Part shown: one piece after another, positions 63,462 through 64,000 of the stretch | Position numbering within the stretch: position 1 is the first letter of the stretch | Layout: each line of letters starts with the position of its first letter | Source of the DNA: an uncultured virus (IMG/VR IMGVR_UViG_3300007512_002491) | Taxonomy: Duplodnaviria; Heunggongvirae; Uroviricota; Caudoviricetes | IMG/VR virus record: IMGVR_UViG_3300007512_002491 | DNA: 64,000 nt | Direction: 5' to 3' (one strand) | Notes under the pieces: generated by a model | Databases searched by the model: none | Told to the model about the DNA's origin: nothing | The model's input: the letters and a program-made list of their open reading frames with translations, nothing else | Made by a program: the position numbers and the translations under genes

Positions 63462-63725
63462 CTACTTCACATAATAACTAGGCAACTCTAATCGTTTTTT
63501 TCTCATCTGTGCCTTCTTTCTTTTGCCAGGCCTCCAATTTCGATCCCAGCGCTTCTTATTTGGCCACACTACTTCGTCTACGCAAAGAGAGCAACATCCA
63601 TATTTATTAATCGTAGAGCAATCATGATTATCTCTCATTAAAGTAAGACAAACCGGACAATCGAAAGGAATAAAATTTTCTTTGTTTGTTTTGTCTACTA
63701 TGTTTAAAAATTCAAATTTATTCAT
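63462..63725 (-). CDS. small zinc-binding hypothetical protein
   Basis: CPVC...CCSLC. Confidence 0.6.
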   Translation of the reverse strand: MNKFEFLNIVDKTNKENFIPFDCPVCLTLMRDNHDCSTINKYGCCSLCVDEVVWPNKKRWDRNWRPGKRKKAQMRKKRLELPSYYVK

Positions 63726-64000
63726 GAATCACCTGCGAATCAATACCTTTTGAAAATATATCTAAAATAGTATCTACGCTATCTTTCACAGCATCTACGT
63801 GAGAAATAACTAAAATATTCTTAAACCATTTTTTCAATGATTGAAGAAGTCTATTACAAGCTTCGACGTTAGTTTCATCTAAAGCTCCGAATCCTTCATC
63901 AATTATAAACGTGTCGCACTTTGGTAAAGAAGAAACATTTACTAACGCCACTCTAATAGCTATAGAGGATATCATTTTCTCCATGCCTGAAGCGCATTCA
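63718..64000 (-). CDS. SbcC/Rad50 (T4 gp46-like) ATPase, C-terminal part only
   Basis: Signature ASGMEK, Walker B/D-loop FIIDEGFGALD, H-loop LVISH; frame is open to the window edge. Confidence 0.9.
   Translation of the reverse strand, partial: ECASGMEKMISSIAIRVALVNVSSLPKCDTFIIDEGFGALDETNVEACNRLLQSLKKWFKNILVISHVDAVKDSVDTILDIFSKGIDSQVIHE

Noticed and set aside
1..64000. Stop-codon reassignment
   Set aside because: Core genes are full length in the standard code, and TAA, TAG and TGA all end genes at sensible positions.
1..64000. CRISPR arrays, tRNA/rRNA genes, transposases, integrase, homing endonucleases
   Set aside because: Intergenic gaps are short, and I saw no repeat-spacer pattern, cloverleaf or such ORFs. 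Small RNAs could be missed by eye.

Overview
This 64-kb window is a gene-dense piece of a large T4-like (myovirus-type, probably jumbo) phage genome in the standard genetic code. Almost all genes are on the - strand, with one clear + strand gene. Read in transcription direction (right to left) it holds: the end of a SbcC/gp46-like gene, then a head module (terminase large subunit, portal, prohead protease, scaffold, TWO tandem major capsid paralogs). Next come neck and tail genes (TWO tandem sheath paralogs, tube, a chaperone pair linked by a likely +1/-2 frameshift, tape measure, baseplate). These are followed by a replication and metabolism block (polymerase-only PolA, gp32-like SSB, RecA, 5'-3' exonuclease, DnaB, class II RNR, ClpP, amidase, thioesterase, ThyX, sulfotransferase, Fpg/Nei, J-domain protein, DnaE). 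The left end carries a tightly coupled operon: dCMP-hydroxymethylase-like TS-fold enzyme, MazG/DUF6378-like protein, dUTPase, SGNH-like protein, myo-inositol-1-phosphate synthase, FkbM methyltransferase and a HAD phosphatase. The best candidate for an undescribed system is this operon, read as a possible inositol-based cytosine DNA hypermodification pathway (inference). Also notable are a recurring design in which promoters sit inside hairpins that would occlude translation starts at late/early gene junctions, a late-promoter motif ATA[T/C/G]TTA, an internal start in the scaffold gene, and duplicated capsid and sheath genes. All functional calls rest on motif recognition by eye; no searches were run.
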